From: Macrostomum lignano
Taxonomy: Eukaryota
DNA length: 64,000 bases
NCBI GenBank assembly: GCA_002269645.1
Contig: NIVC01001412.1
Coordinates: 103,398 to 167,397 of the forward strand
Reading direction: 5' to 3'
The notes below the pieces were generated by a model that saw nothing but the letters and a program-made list of their open reading frames with translations, searched no databases and was not told the origin of the DNA. Within the stretch, counting starts at the first letter, position 1. Every line of letters begins with the position of its first letter. Positions 33,560 to 47,700 of the stretch are shown in pieces. A program made the position numbers and the translations under genes.

Positions 33560-34521
33560 TTAAACAAATGTCTCCATCTTCTCCTCTGTCTCTTCCAACA
33601 GGCTTCTTTCGTCTTCGTCTTCACCTTCCCATATTATTGTGAACTCCGTTTCTAGCTTGCATCGGAAGTTTTCGTCGTTGAATGCTTCCTTCTCGATAGT
33701 CTTTTTGAACGTAAGCAATGTCTCCATGCTGTAGCCGGAGAACAAGATGTTAGGAAATTTGGTTAATAAACCATGAAATGTGAAAAGCCGCTGACCAAAT
33801 TTAACCGGAGTATCCAAGCGTCTGGCTGTCTCTTCCGTTGTTAGACCAAACTTGTTCTTGTACTTTGCAAATACTTCCGCTTGTTTTTTCTTCGCTAGAC
33901 ACCCCAGAACTTCAACGTCTGCGATAAAGAAGTCCAGATTGATGTATTGCGTGCGCATGCTCTCTTCATCGTCTGGCACATCGGCCGTGCACAACTCCCT
34001 GGCGTTGTTAAATCTAAAAAGAAATAATATGCAATCATAATGTGAATTAGATCAAAGGTTTGCTTGCATAAATCTCTAATCTAATGTCAAATCTATCTAT
34101 AATCATGTTTGATCACGTTTAAATCACCCAATCAAGAATTATGAGAAATTTTGTCAATGTGTTTCACTATAAAAACTAGTAGAGAGCAAAAGTAATAAGC
34201 AAGTATCGCTCACAAGTAAAATAATAAGCAAAAGACTTACCTTGTCTGGATCACAATTTCTTCCTTTCTTATGTTGTTCATCGTTTCCTTTAACCTTGCT
34301 ATGAACCGTACGTCTCTTCTTTCATTCTCGACATCAACGCGTTTGGCCTCCTCGGATCTTTCCTTCTTAGAAGATTGCTCATCAATCTTTTCAAGACTTT
34401 TCAATAATGCAGCTTGTTCTTCCTCGGTCATTGCCGAGATGGTGATTGCTGTGCTGGTTGTGTCCTTTGTATTGATGTTTTTAATTTTATTTAGAATTTT
34501 ACTTGGCGTCTTGGAAGCCAT
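33560..34521 (-). CDS. Two-exon Polinton orphan gene (244 aa)
   Basis: Exon 34521-34241 (donor AG|GTAAGT, phase 2), intron 34240-34014 (TTTTTAG acceptor), exon 34013-33560. 735 nt, in frame. TATATATA about 80 bp upstream. Confidence 0.7.
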
Positions 34522-34728
34522 TAGATTAAAAAATTCGAGTAAGGTTTAGCAAGGGCGAGGTGGAGCAGGCAGGGTGAGGCGAGGGGCGGTGTGAATCGGC
34601 TGTATATATACAATTGGTGTGGGCTCGGAAATCTATTTATAGGCATAGGCATTTTTATTTATACCTAGGCAGTATTTTCAATTTATGGTTTAAAATTAAT
34701 AACAATTAATGGTTGCCAAAGCGGAAGT

Positions 34729-34975
34729 AAAATGGAAAGCACATGTGGAGTGCGTGGCATGGGTTTTATTTTTAGAACGTACGTCTACACTCTACAAGGT
34801 ACTACCTTGTAGTTGGCAACTACATGCAACCGCCTTATATCTTCAGCCAATGGAGAGAATGGAAAGCACATGTGGAGCGCATGGCATGGGTTTTATTTTT
34901 AGAACTTACGTCTATACTCTACAAGGTACTACCTTGTAGTTGGCAACTACATGCAACTGCCTTATAACTTCAGCA
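34729..34975. repeat. Direct repeat of about 128 bp (2 copies) with internal hairpins next to the right TIR
   Basis: ATGGAAAGCACATGTGGAG...CTACAAGGTACTACCTTGTAGTTGGCAACTACA occurs twice. Confidence 0.85.
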
Positions 34976-34981
34976 AGAAGT

Positions 34982-35561
34982 TGATTTAAAGTTTTAGGGA
35001 TCTGGTTTCGCGTTGCAAATTGAATGTGGGAAGAAGAATGCAGATTATTTTCTTATTGTTTCGAAAATGCTATGGGTGGATGTCAGTGGATGATGTCTGT
35101 GTCAGTGAGCATAACGGGTATCAGTGGATACCTGCTCTGATTCTGTCAGGGATAATATGGATGGATTTAATGGGATTATGTTCGAAGTTTTCGGAGCAAG
35201 TGCGGCCCCTCCCCTTTTTCATGATTCTGTCAGGGATAATATGGATGGATTTAATGGGATTATGTTTGAAGTTTTCGGAGCAAGTGCGGCCCCTCCCCTT
35301 TTTCATGATTCTGTCAGGGATAATATGGATGGATTTAATGGGATTATGTTCGAAGTTTTCGGAGCAAGTGCGGCCCCTCCCCTTTTTTATGATTCTGTCA
35401 GGGATAATATGGATGGATTTAATGGGATTATGGAGGACGTTTTGTGAGCGAGTGCGACCCCCCTTTTTTTCTGATTCTGTCGGGGATAATATGGATGGAT
35501 TTAATGGGATTATGGAGGATGTGAAAAATTTTGTCCCAAAAGCCCCCTCATGCCTTCTACT
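34982..35561 (-). repeat. Right TIR of the Polinton
   Basis: Mirror of 10432-10766 with extra internal subrepeat copies. Ends CTACT, followed by the TSD TATTTT. Confidence 0.9.
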
Positions 35562-35575
35562 TATTTTTTATTGAT

Positions 35576-36838
<1,263 letters not shown>

Positions 36839-39759
36839 ACGCGGCCGCATTCACTTGGCACAGAGCTCCCAAGGCACAGGGAGTGTACATATTGGTGACA
36901 AATTAGAAAGTCAGGGCCACTCTACACCCTGTGTGAGCGTGTGTACAGTGCGTGCAGTAGCATCCCCTCAATTATTAACAATTCTACACACTGTGCACTC
37001 TACACACAATATTATACGTGTAGATCACAGTCTACCCTACTCAGTAGCAGCTACTGTGGGTTGTGAATTTGAACAGAGCCCGTGCTTGTACATGTAAATT
37101 CACCAGCACAATTTCGCACACAGTACCTGCCTATTGGACCTGCTTTTGATTTGATTTTTGATATGGACAGACCGAGGGACCTGCTAGCAAGGGACAATGA
37201 GCTGACGGTCTGGAGAACAACAGTCTCATATCGGGGCTTGGGAAGCTTATAATTTCACACCACTGATTGACAGAATCATTAACAACCTCGAAACTGCAGC
37301 CACTCACAATGATTTGGTTAATTTTGAGCTTTGCTTCTGTCAGATTTATCCACATAAACTGGCTATCAGCGTTCAAAATTATCATAGATATTTAATGTTA
37401 GACCCCCCACCCATTTGCCTGCACTAAAGCAGACCATGCGTGCCCTCTTCTATTTTTGCCCCATTGCTAAAAATTTTGTTGGAAAATATCAAGGACTTCA
37501 ACTGGCCTACGAAGCAGAAAATGACGCTTTACTCATACAAGCTAATAAGGCCTAAATTTCATAACGTCTAAAATATCTTCACGCTCCTTCACATCACCTA
37601 AAATTCATATCGCCTAAATTTCATATCGCCTAAATTTCATATCGCCTAAATTACACAACACCTAAAACTGAATGGGAAAGAGTGTGCAGAGATTTTAGGC
37701 GTTGTTAAATTTAGATCTTTGAAGCTCCCCAAAGCAGAAATATTTCCGCATGCTGTTGATTCCAAGACTATAAGCCAATATTTTCTATACAAAAACGATA
37801 ATATTGATGGGCGCGAGAGATGCAAACGAACGAGATGGTTGTTAAGTCAAATGCTTGATTTACTATTACAAGTAGTCTGCAACTTCGCAACCGGCGTTTG
37901 GCTTTCAAATCCATGCGAGCCATTGCCAACTTCAACGGGACAGGCACGTGAAGAAAACGGTCTTTTCTGCCCCCCCCCCTAACGACTACGAAGATCTAGC
38001 TCGGCTCCGGGTCAAACGCTGTGGTCACATTAACACCTAGCTCGTATGTTAATGTGACCTACCTTGTGTTAACAATACAACACATAAATTGACTAAAATA
38101 TTGTAAAGTTAGAAGACCGAACTTTATAAATTAACCGAAATAAAGTTTCTACAAACACCTATTTTTGCGATCGGGAACTCCAATTCGTCTTCTCCTTGAT
38201 TGCATTGCATGACTTGGCAAGAAACACACTATTCAAAGTAGCTTTTGCAGCTTTTTTTACTTGTAAAGTACACAGAAAAGACATTTTCTGAAATATTTTT
38301 GTAAAGAAAATTTCAAAAAAGATAGCCCACCTTCACTTGCTAAGTGCGTGTCTCTCTCTATTTAACACAAGCACCTGTGTGAGGACGCGGTTCAAAAGAA
38401 TAAAAGTTTCAAAGAACAAAAGGTCCAACCATGTAACTGCAGCACCACCCAGATGAGGGGCTAAAAAGTCAGCTAGAGTTAATCATTTGTGCGAAGAATT
38501 AAAGATTTACATGTACTATTCAATATTATGGTGACACGGTGGTGGAAGATGAAATTTTTCTGTATCCGTGCAAGGCGAATGCTGTTGACTCTGCTGGAGT
38601 GGCGTTGCACAGAAGACTATTTGGGCTCCTCAGAGGTTTTTCAAGGACACCAGTGCAAGACACATGGATATTAGAGCGAGAAATACTGGACGAGTGAAGA
38701 CTTGTTTCGGCAACTGGATCAGATACTGTCAGATTATACCATCTCTCCTTCAAGCGAAGCTGCGTGTTCGTCAATTGTGGAGCAAAAGAGGGTGAAGAAG
38801 AGTGAACTTGACTGCTGTCTACCTGTTGATGACTTGTCACTTGTAAACTTCGACTTGTCGATTCTATGAAACACCCCCAGACCGTCACCGCCGCTTGACC
38901 CGACGCCAAAGGGCGCGTGACCTGGGCCGCTGTGACTTTGCGGAAGCGGCGCATCCCGTTCAACCTTGCGACACCTCGTTTCTATTGTTCGAAGTAATTC
39001 ATGCGTGTGACAAGTTTATGACCCTCTATCTGGTAATGGCCTTTAAGTACTGTAATTTTCAGTAACTTAATTTTACATCATAACCTGCAAATGCGTAATT
39101 TCTTATAACGTAATAAATATTCCTGGAATTTAGCGAACCTATATTCTCTATCTTTAAATATAGAACGTAGTACTCGAGTTTTGCCAGCAAGACTACTCAC
39201 CGACTAAAAGGACCACCGTCTTTGCTGTAAACTTAATTCGCTCTAAGCCTCACGCTGATTCTTTGAATTGTTCTTCTGTTTGACGATCCCACATATAATG
39301 TACTGCTTGTAGTAATGGATTGTTCTGCATTAAAAGTGTGAATAATGATAGTCAAATTGCTAGACAATGAGTAAAGAAACAGCGGCCCCCGGTAGGCGCG
39401 AGCAAATAACAATCGTTGTCACGCACTGGGGCCGCTGTTTCTTTTCATTGTATCGCTATTGGACGATCAAATCGTATGAACGGTCTGTGGCATAGAAAAG
39501 TGAGACGCTCGTAGCAGGGGGGTGTGAAGAAAACTTGAAGAAAACTTTGATGTCTATGGTAGAGTGTATTCATACCCTTCTCTCTAGCCTATTTGACGAT
39601 ATTAGCATTGAGGATTACCATAGACAAAACTTGCATTGCAACGCACTGTAAATTTTATATTCTGTTTTGTACTAAGGACGAAAGTTGATTGAGTCAAGCA
39701 GGGGAGAAGAGCACATGCTTAGACTAGAGAGAAATATAAACAAACCTGGAAGCCTAGAC

Positions 39760-41181
39760 ATGGATGCTAGACGTGTCCATCTTCTAAATTTTAAGAATCT
39801 TCCTGTCGATAGCTTAAATGCTTTGTCCCAGTCCGAGTTGGATCTCGTGGCCTAACTGTCGCGCAACGACTGCCGTCGTGACGAGCTAGTGACCCAGTTC
39901 TTGTTGTTTTGTGAGAACTCCATCGGCGACAAAGCGAAGTCATCCGATCTGCCTGCTGATATTCGTGAACAACTTACCAGCATCGATGAAGCTGAGATGG
40001 AATGTCTACCTCAAAGCAGTCGGAAACAGATGGAGGATCATGGGCGCAAGTTTGTCGAATTTCTGGAGAGTCGCGGTTTGAACTCCGATTTGGCGAAAGT
40101 GAATGACAACACCCTGTATCAGTATCTACGATTATTCTACTTCCAGTTGAAAACAAAGAGCGGTGAGAGCTATTCACCATCGTCGTTAGTCTGCATCCGA
40201 GCCGCTATCCAGCGATATTTGAATATCATTGTGAAGAGACAGACAAATCTGGTTGCTACTGGAACCGTGTTTGATGGCTCAAACAGGATGCTAGAATTCA
40301 AGGTCCGTGAATTTTTCAAGTCTGGCAAGACAGTTCAAAGCTACGATCCAATCGAGGAGGGAGACATGGTTAAATTGCGCGACTACTTTGATCGTAGTGA
40401 CGGAGAACGACTCCAAGATGAATTGCTATTCAATCTCATGTATCAGCTTGGAGAGCGTGGACGGGAGCACATGAAGACGTTTCTCAATCGGAACTTTCTG
40501 GTGCGAGGTGTCGACTCGGATGGACGGCAGTATGCCTGTTTGCCGACGCTACCATCGAAGAATCGATTAGCAACACTGGACGCTGGTCAGGTCGCCGATT
40601 TGAAGCACGCTAGAATATATGATCTTGAGCTGCTAGAACTGTACGAGTCGGTGATTCCGGATTCCGGCGACCACTTTATACCTCGTCCTATGAGGAGCAC
40701 CATTGGGAAGAAGTTCATCTTCTCTGATAAGGCACACCGTGCAGTGTGGTCTGCGTTATTTACAAGAGTTCATGAAGAACCTATCCGAGAAGGCTAAGCT
40801 AAGCAAGCCTTATACCAACCACTGCATTAGGTGAGTATATTTGTGTTACGAAGTAAAAGTAAAAGCATAATTGTTTGTTCACCTTTCTGAACAAGATACC
40901 ATTGCATTTTTAGAGTCACTCGCATTTGCGACTTGGAAAGCGAAGGGCATGCTGTCCACGACATCATGCTTGTGACGGGTCACAAGTCGGAGGCGACCGT
41001 TCGGCGATTTCTGCATAAGAGGCGTGATCGAAGTTTGTACAAGTCCTCTGTGAACGTGCATACCGCCATGAAGAAGTCTTTGGATTGTATGGATCGTACT
41101 GAGGCTGCGACATCCATTAGTGGAGATGAGGAGTTTCATCGGGTCCAAGGCCCGCCAGAAAAAAAATGCGAATCCAAGTGA
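39760..41181 (+). pseudogene. Crypton-type tyrosine recombinase (DUF3504-like), two exons, disrupted
   Basis: LRLFYFQLKTKSGESYSPSSLVCIRAAIQRYL, GERGRE, TNHCIR|, TGHKS. Intron 40831-40913. Stop at 39853-39855, frameshift near 40740, Phe at the catalytic Tyr position. Confidence 0.85.
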
Positions 41182-41629
41182 ACGGCAATTCGAACATCAT
41201 TGTATCACGCTGGCGCGCGTTAGATGCACGATTTACTGTGCGTCTAATGTAGGTGTCTATGGCAATTTTCTATCTGAGTAAAGGCAACAAGCGTGCGTCT
41301 AACGCGTGCGTGTAATGCACGGAAAGTGAGTATATTTTAATAAGTATACTTCTGCTACAAGTACAACGAACGAATAACAGGGAACTGTGTAAACAAGGTC
41401 GACATGAAATGCCGGTAGAGCGCAGCTCGGATACAAATCAACGTGGCTGGAGCAAAGTATTCGCCATTCCTCTTGCGAAGTGAGCCATAGAAGTATCGCA
41501 ATAGACTGTCGATCTCGCGCGGTGTAGAAGTCGCCAAATCACGCTGAACTGACGGATGGTTCTCCATGAAGCTCTGCAACTTACCGACATAATATTCGGT
41601 AGCCTTTGTCACACTTTTACTAGCAGCGG

Positions 41630-41943
41630 TGGTTTGAAGGCGCACGTGATTTCAATGTCACTGATTCAGCTACGCTCTTGCTATCATCTAGTTACGCGTA
41701 TTTTGTTCTTTATACTCACATGCCGCGTCACGCCATCTTTCTACCCCCAAGCCGCCACCCCCTCCGTGGTCGATAATGTACATCGCGAGTCAGCATGCCA
41801 TGTACTCTCAGACCCCATTCCGCCACGCCCCCTTTAATAAGCTCAATATATATGATAACTGAGGCAAGTTTGTACTGTGCCACGCTTTTTGATAAACTGC
41901 TTGCAAAGTCCTTTTCTATCAGAGTTGACTTGTCTCGCTAACA
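41630..41943 (+). repeat. 5' LTR (314 bp)
   Basis: TGGTTTGAAGG...CTCGCTAACA, repeated at 48421-48723. Confidence 0.93.
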
Positions 41944-41947
41944 TTAT

Positions 41948-41965
41948 TGGTAGCAGAGCGTGGTT
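41948..41965 (+). promoter_or_regulatory. Primer-binding site complementary to initiator tRNA-Met
   Basis: TGGTAGCAGAGCGTGGTT, 4 nt after the 5' LTR. Confidence 0.8.
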
Positions 41966-41968
41966 TCT

Positions 41969-44900
41969 ATGATGTCAGACCACGAGTCCGATCAGCAGCA
42001 GACCGGCTGCTCCAACGAAGATGGAAAAGAGGACAGCATTGAGAAGCAGCTAAATATAGAGAAGTTACGTAGAGAGAAGGCAAAGCGAAAATCTTCCGCC
42101 ACGAGGAGTCGCAACAAGCTAGTGCTTTTGCTGCAAACAGATAGCGACCAGCGGGTCATCCGTCAGGCCTGTGAAATAGCTGCTGCCGCACACGACGAGT
42201 GCATCGAGCTGATGGACTACTTCTACGAAGAACTCCGGCGTCTGGACACTGCGGAGGAAGTGCGAACAAGGCTGCTGGACGAGGTAGATGAAGTTGAGCA
42301 GCTATTTCAAGACGCTATGAAATGTGTCACCCAGTTCTTCAGTGCTCAGCAGGCGACTGCGGCGACTGCCGCGACTGCGGCGACGGCCGCGACTCCGGCG
42401 ACTCCGGCGACGGCCGCGACTGCCGCGAATGCGGCGACTGCGGCGACTGCGGCGACTACCGCGACTGCCGCGACTGCGGCGACGGCCGCGACTGCGGCGA
42501 CTGCCGCGACTGCGGCGACGGCCGCGACTGCGGCGACTGCCGCGACTGCGGCGACGGCCGCGACTGCGGCGACTGCCGCGACTGCGGCGACGGCCGCGAC
42601 TCCGGCGACTCCGGCGACGGCCGCGACTGCCGCGAATGCGGCGACTGCGGCGACTGCGGCGACTACCGCGACTGCCGCGACTGCGGCGACGGCCGCGACT
42701 AAGACGACTACTGCGACTGCGGCGAGTGAGGCGAGCACAAGTAATAGCCTTGAAGAATCGGCAGGTGAGATGGGTGGCTCTCGGACCAGTGGCAGTAGTA
42801 GTGAGACCGATTTAGCGAAGGACCTATGGAAAATGCTTCGGCGAGTGGAAATCCCCACATTCAGCGGCGACAAACAACAGTACGATTCATGGAAAGCCGC
42901 ATTCACCGCCTGCGTTGACAGAGCTCCGGCCACACCAGAGTTTAAACTACTTCAATTGAGACAGTACCTTAGTGGATCGGCACTGAAGCTCGTAGAACAT
43001 CTTGGGCATTCTTCAGCTGCCTACGAGGCTGCCAAAGAGCGTTTAGAGCGCGAGTTCGGGGGGAGTCGCAGACGGATCGCTCTGTACCTCGAAGAACTCG
43101 ATAGTTTTCCCCCAATCCGTGTATGCAAGGCAAAGGAGCTCAAACAGTTTGCTAATCTGCTGGATGTAGCCGTAGTTAATCTGGAGGAATCAGGTAAAGT
43201 CTCGGATCTGACAGATGGACTGCTTTACGCCAAGTTACAGAAGAAGTTGCCGGAGCAGATGGTGGCGCGTTACCGACGTTGGCTGTTTGAAGGGCACAGG
43301 CAGGAGAGCGTGCGGATGCTACGTGAGTGGGTGTTAATGGAAGCGGCCTTCCAGACAGAAGCGATGGAGATTGTGCATGGAGTATCGAGCGAGGAGAAAA
43401 TCAAGAGAGAGACCCGACCAAGAACCCTCTTCGTGGACCATCAGAAGAGTGGGAGCGAAGGAAGGCGAGCCCCAAAAGCTTGCCCGTTGTGCCAGGACCC
43501 TCACGAGCTCTGGAAGTGTCCCAGCTTCAAGCAACTGTCCAATCAGAATCGGTGGAAGGCGGCTCAAGACGCCAAAGCCTGCTTCCGTTGTTTAGCCCGT
43601 GGGCACTCAGGTCAAGCCTGTCGTCAAGGACGCCGATGTGGAATTAGTGGATGTGGGAAGTTCCACCACCGCCTGCTGCATAGCGAGACCGAGTCCGAGA
43701 CAAAGCCACTAGTTGCTAAAATCGGAACTAAAGACAATGTAGCGCGCCGCAAAGAAGAAGCCGTGACGATGATGTCAAGAGGAGATGGTGCCATGTCGCT
43801 TAGAACGGTTCCGGTAATACTCCGGGGGAATAACCGCGTCGTCAAGGTAAACGCTCTGCTGGACGATGCAAGTACCAGGACCTACGTGAACACGGAAATC
43901 GCCGAGGCACTGGGGTTGCAAGGCAAAGAGGAGCAGGTCAAGGTAAATGTGTTAAACGGTCAGACGGAAACCTTTCTGACCGCTCCCGTGACAATGAGGT
44001 TGGAAAGTGTAGACGGAGAGCTGAACACGCCGATCACGGCATTCACGACAGACAGCGTCACCGGACAACTGAAGGCCACGGACTGGCGAGCGATGGCATC
44101 TAATTGGGATCATCTCGAGGACATCCCGTTCCCTCAGCTCCATCATCCGCATGTTATCGACCTGTTAATTGGAGTGGACCATGCCGAACTGCATGTTTCC
44201 CATCGGGATGTCCGAGGCAAACCTGGAGAACCGCAGGCTCGGTTGACACCCCTCGGTTGGACAGTTGTAGGTCCAGCGACGCAGACGCAGCACCAGACGC
44301 ACTTCCTTGCCAGCACATTTTTTGCACCACCAATATTGAGCAGTTGTCACCTGTGCTACGGAAGTTCTGGGAAGTCGAGGAGATTCGTTCTAGCGAAATG
44401 CTAAATCCGACGGCAGAAGAGCAATGGGCGGTTGACCAAGCAAAGTCCACTTTGAAGCTAGTCGATGGCCGCTACCAGGTAGGAATTCCTTGGAAACCGG
44501 ACGCCAAATTGTACTCGGACAATTTTGAGATGGCGCTCAACCGACTGGGCAACACGGAGAGCCGATTGAGGAAGGACATTGAGGTCGCGAAACAGTATCA
44601 GGCGTGCCTGAAGCGGTATGAGGAACAGAGCTACATTCGGCGAGTCGCAGCGGATGAGAGCTCTACTCGCAGGTGCTTCCTGCCGCACTTTCCAGTGATA
44701 CGCCTCGACAAGATGACAACGAAAGTCCGCATTGTCTTTGATGCATCGGCCGGCGGAGAAGCTGCGCTTAACAACCTAATCCTACCTGGACCCAAGCTTC
44801 AGCGAGATCTGGCGTAAGCTAATCGTAGTAACACGTCGGTGTTACTACGATTTCGTAGGCACGCGATCGCCGTAGCTTGTGACATATCGGAGATGTATCT

Positions 44901-47700
44901 GCAAATAGAAATGGCGCCACAAGACAGACCCGCACATAGTTTCCTCTGGCGTAACATGGACCCAAGCCAGCCGCTGCAAATATTTGAGTTCAACCGCATC
45001 GTCTTCGGCAACTCAAGCTCGCCGTTTCTAGCGCAGTTCGTCGTCCGTGAACATGCCAAACGAACGAGGAACGAACTGCCAGCAGCCGCAGACACTGTGT
45101 TAAACTCCACCTACATGGATGACTGCTTGGACTCAACAGAGACAGTTGCGGAGGCCATCAAGTTGTACCAGGAATTGAAGCAGTTTTGGGAGCGAGCAGG
45201 CATGTATGCCAGAAAGTGGTTGTCCAATTCGCGAGAGCTGCTGAGCCAAGTGCCACCAGAAGATCGTGTGGCAGAAGTGACTCTAGAGGGTACGCCACTT
45301 CCATCGACCAAAACGCTAGGTGTGGTGTGGAGAAGCGATGGCGACGAATTCACGTTCAAGTCTTCGCAGGCTCCAAGAGTCGCGACCACGAAGCGAGAAC
45401 TTCTAAAAACCCTGGCCGCAGTGTTTGATCCACTTGGTTTGATTGCTCCAGTCACTGTCAGAGCAAAGATTTTGCTGCAAGATCTGTGGTGCTGTGGACA
45501 GGGATGGGACGAAAAACCAGAGCCTGAGCTGCAGACAAAAATTGAGGCCTGGTGCGAAGAGCTTAGTGACCTGGGTCGAATCCGGGTACAGCGCAGTTTG
45601 CAGTCGTTGCCTGAAATGACCTCCGAGGTCCACATTTTCGTAGATGCATCGGAGAAAGCATACGGCGCTGTAAGCTATTGTAAAAGTGTCGGAAACGGCG
45701 CGACATCAGTTCAGCTGATCGCAGCCAAGTCTCGCGTGGCGCCGATTGCTACTGTCAGCATCCCGCGGCTGGAACTCATGGCCGCAGTTCTCGGACATCA
45801 GTTGGCCACAAAGATCGCTTCCGTACTGCAGAAGGACATCGGTAGCTTCACCTTCTGGTCAGATAGTATGAATGTGCTTTACTGGGTCAGAGGACGAGGA
45901 AGATTCTTCAAGCCATTTGTAGCAAACCGCATTGGTGAGATTCAGTCAACAACAAACCCGGATCAGTGGAGGTATGTACCGACAGACGTCAATCCAGCGG
46001 ATGTGCTGTCACGAGGTGCCTCTGTGAAACAGCTGGTGGAAGCGGAAAGTTGGTGGCACGGGCCGAAGTTCTTGCTGCTGGAAGCAAATGAATGGCCGGA
46101 GAAAGTGCTGGAGAAGCCAAAGCAATTAGAAGAAAGGCGATCGAGCGGTTTAAACACGTTTGTTGCCATGGCGGACAAAGAACAATCACTACCTTCAGTA
46201 CCACGGTTGGACCCGACCAGGTTTTCAAGCTGGAAGAAGCTTACGCGAGTGCAGGGTTGGGTCGCACGTTTCGCCAACAACTGTCGATTGCCTCGCGAGG
46301 GCAGACGGTTTGGAGAGCTACTACCAACTGAGATAGAAGACGCAGAGCACAAATTGATTAAAACAGTTCAACAGCAAGCCTTTGCTGAAGATATTCGAGT
46401 GCTGAAGAAGTGTAAGCAACTGCCAGCGCACAGCCAACTCAGAGCGCTGCAGCCGAAGATGGACGCGGAGAATCTGTTACGTTCTGACAGCAGGTTGCGT
46501 TTTGCGGAAGTTCTGCCGTTCAGCGCTCGCTGTCCTATAATTCTGCCTCGACATCACCCAGTAACTACACTGATTGTCAAGTTCTACCACGAACAGGTTC
46601 TCCATGCGGGCACCAACCAGACGCTTGCGGCCCTATCGAGTCGGTTTTGGATTCTGGGTGCACGAGAAGCCATTCGAGAATGGGAGAGCTGCTGTTTTGA
46701 GTGCAAACGCAGAAAGTGCAAACCAGCATCCCAGGTGATGGCGCCGCTTCCGCAAAGTCGGGTAAAGGAGCCACTGCGAGCATTTGCCCGAGTGTCCGTT
46801 GACTTCGGTGGTCCATTTTTGACGAAGCAAGGCCGCGGGACACGGAGGCAGAAGCGGTATCTCGCCCTTTTCACCCGCATGACTTCTCGAGCAGTCCACC
46901 TGGAAATGGCATATAGCCTGGACACTAGTTCATTCCTGAATGCACTGTCACGAATGATCAGCCGGCGAGGTCGGGTCCTGGAGATCTACTCTGACAACGG
47001 GACAAATTTCGTGGGAGCGGAGCGCGAACTGCGAGAACTAATCGAGGGCTTGGACCAGGCGGAGTTGCAGCGAAGCACGGCCCACGAGAAGATGAAGTGG
47101 CATTTCAATCCGCCTGCAGCACCACACTTCGGTGGCGTCCATGAAAGCATGATTAAGGCGGCCAAGAGAGCCATTCAAGCGATCCTGAAGAATGCGGAAG
47201 CGACCGACGAGGAGCTCGTGACTGCGTTCAGTGCTGCAGAGTCGTTGCTGAACTCGAGACCCCTGACCTATCAGACAGCCAATCCGAGTGATAACATCGC
47301 CCTGACGCCAGGACACTTTCTCTACGGCCATGTAGGAGGTCAGCTGGCACCGGAAGTGGATGCAGAAGTCGCAATCAGCCCGACGAAAAGATGGAGGCAT
47401 GTCCAAAGTCTGGTGACGGCCTTCTGGCACCGGTGGATCCGCGAGTGGTTGCCAGCACTTGGAACTCGGAGCAAGTGGCGTCGTGAGCAACCCGACCTTC
47501 AACCGGGTGACGTGGTGCTGCACGTGTGCGCTGACAGCCCGCGGGGTCACTGGCCGCTGGCGAGGGTGCTGGAGGTCTATCCGGGACAGGACGGACATGT
47601 CCGAGTTGTCAAGATTCAGCTCGCGGACAAGACCTTCGTGCGGCCCGTTACGCGGTTGTGTCCTCTAGTCACAAAGGTTGATGGACTGCTGGACTGTTAA
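41969..47700 (+). pseudogene. Bel/Pao gag-pol polyprotein with one frameshift (near 44320) and one in-frame stop (44815)
   Basis: IPTFSGD (DUF1759-like), three Cys/His knuckles, ALLDDAS protease, KVRIVFDAS/YMDD RT, FVDASEKAYG RNase H, VDFGGP/SDNGTNF/GGVHE integrase, FWHRWIREWL C-terminus. Confidence 0.93.

Larger units (their letters stand above)
10432..35561. mobile_element. Full-length Polinton/Maverick (adintovirus-like endogenous virus); about 16.0 kb without the nested insertion
   Basis: Termini AGTAGAAGGCATGAGGGGG / CCCCCTCATGCCTTCTACT. 6-bp TSD TATTTT at 10426-10431 and 35562-35567. Contains pPolB, rve integrase, ATPase, adenain, MCP and mCP. Confidence 0.95.

Noticed and set aside
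35020-35574. ORFs with DLMGL/GFNGIM repeats
   Set aside because: Translations of Polinton TIR subrepeats.
38526-38963. 145-aa minus-strand ORF
   Set aside because: No ATG start, no recognisable motif and no clear splice context.
44300-44345. Programmed -1 frameshift in Bel/Pao gag-pol
   Set aside because: Bel/Pao elements normally have one ORF, and the shift lies after the protease in a T-run. More likely a 1-bp deletion or an error.
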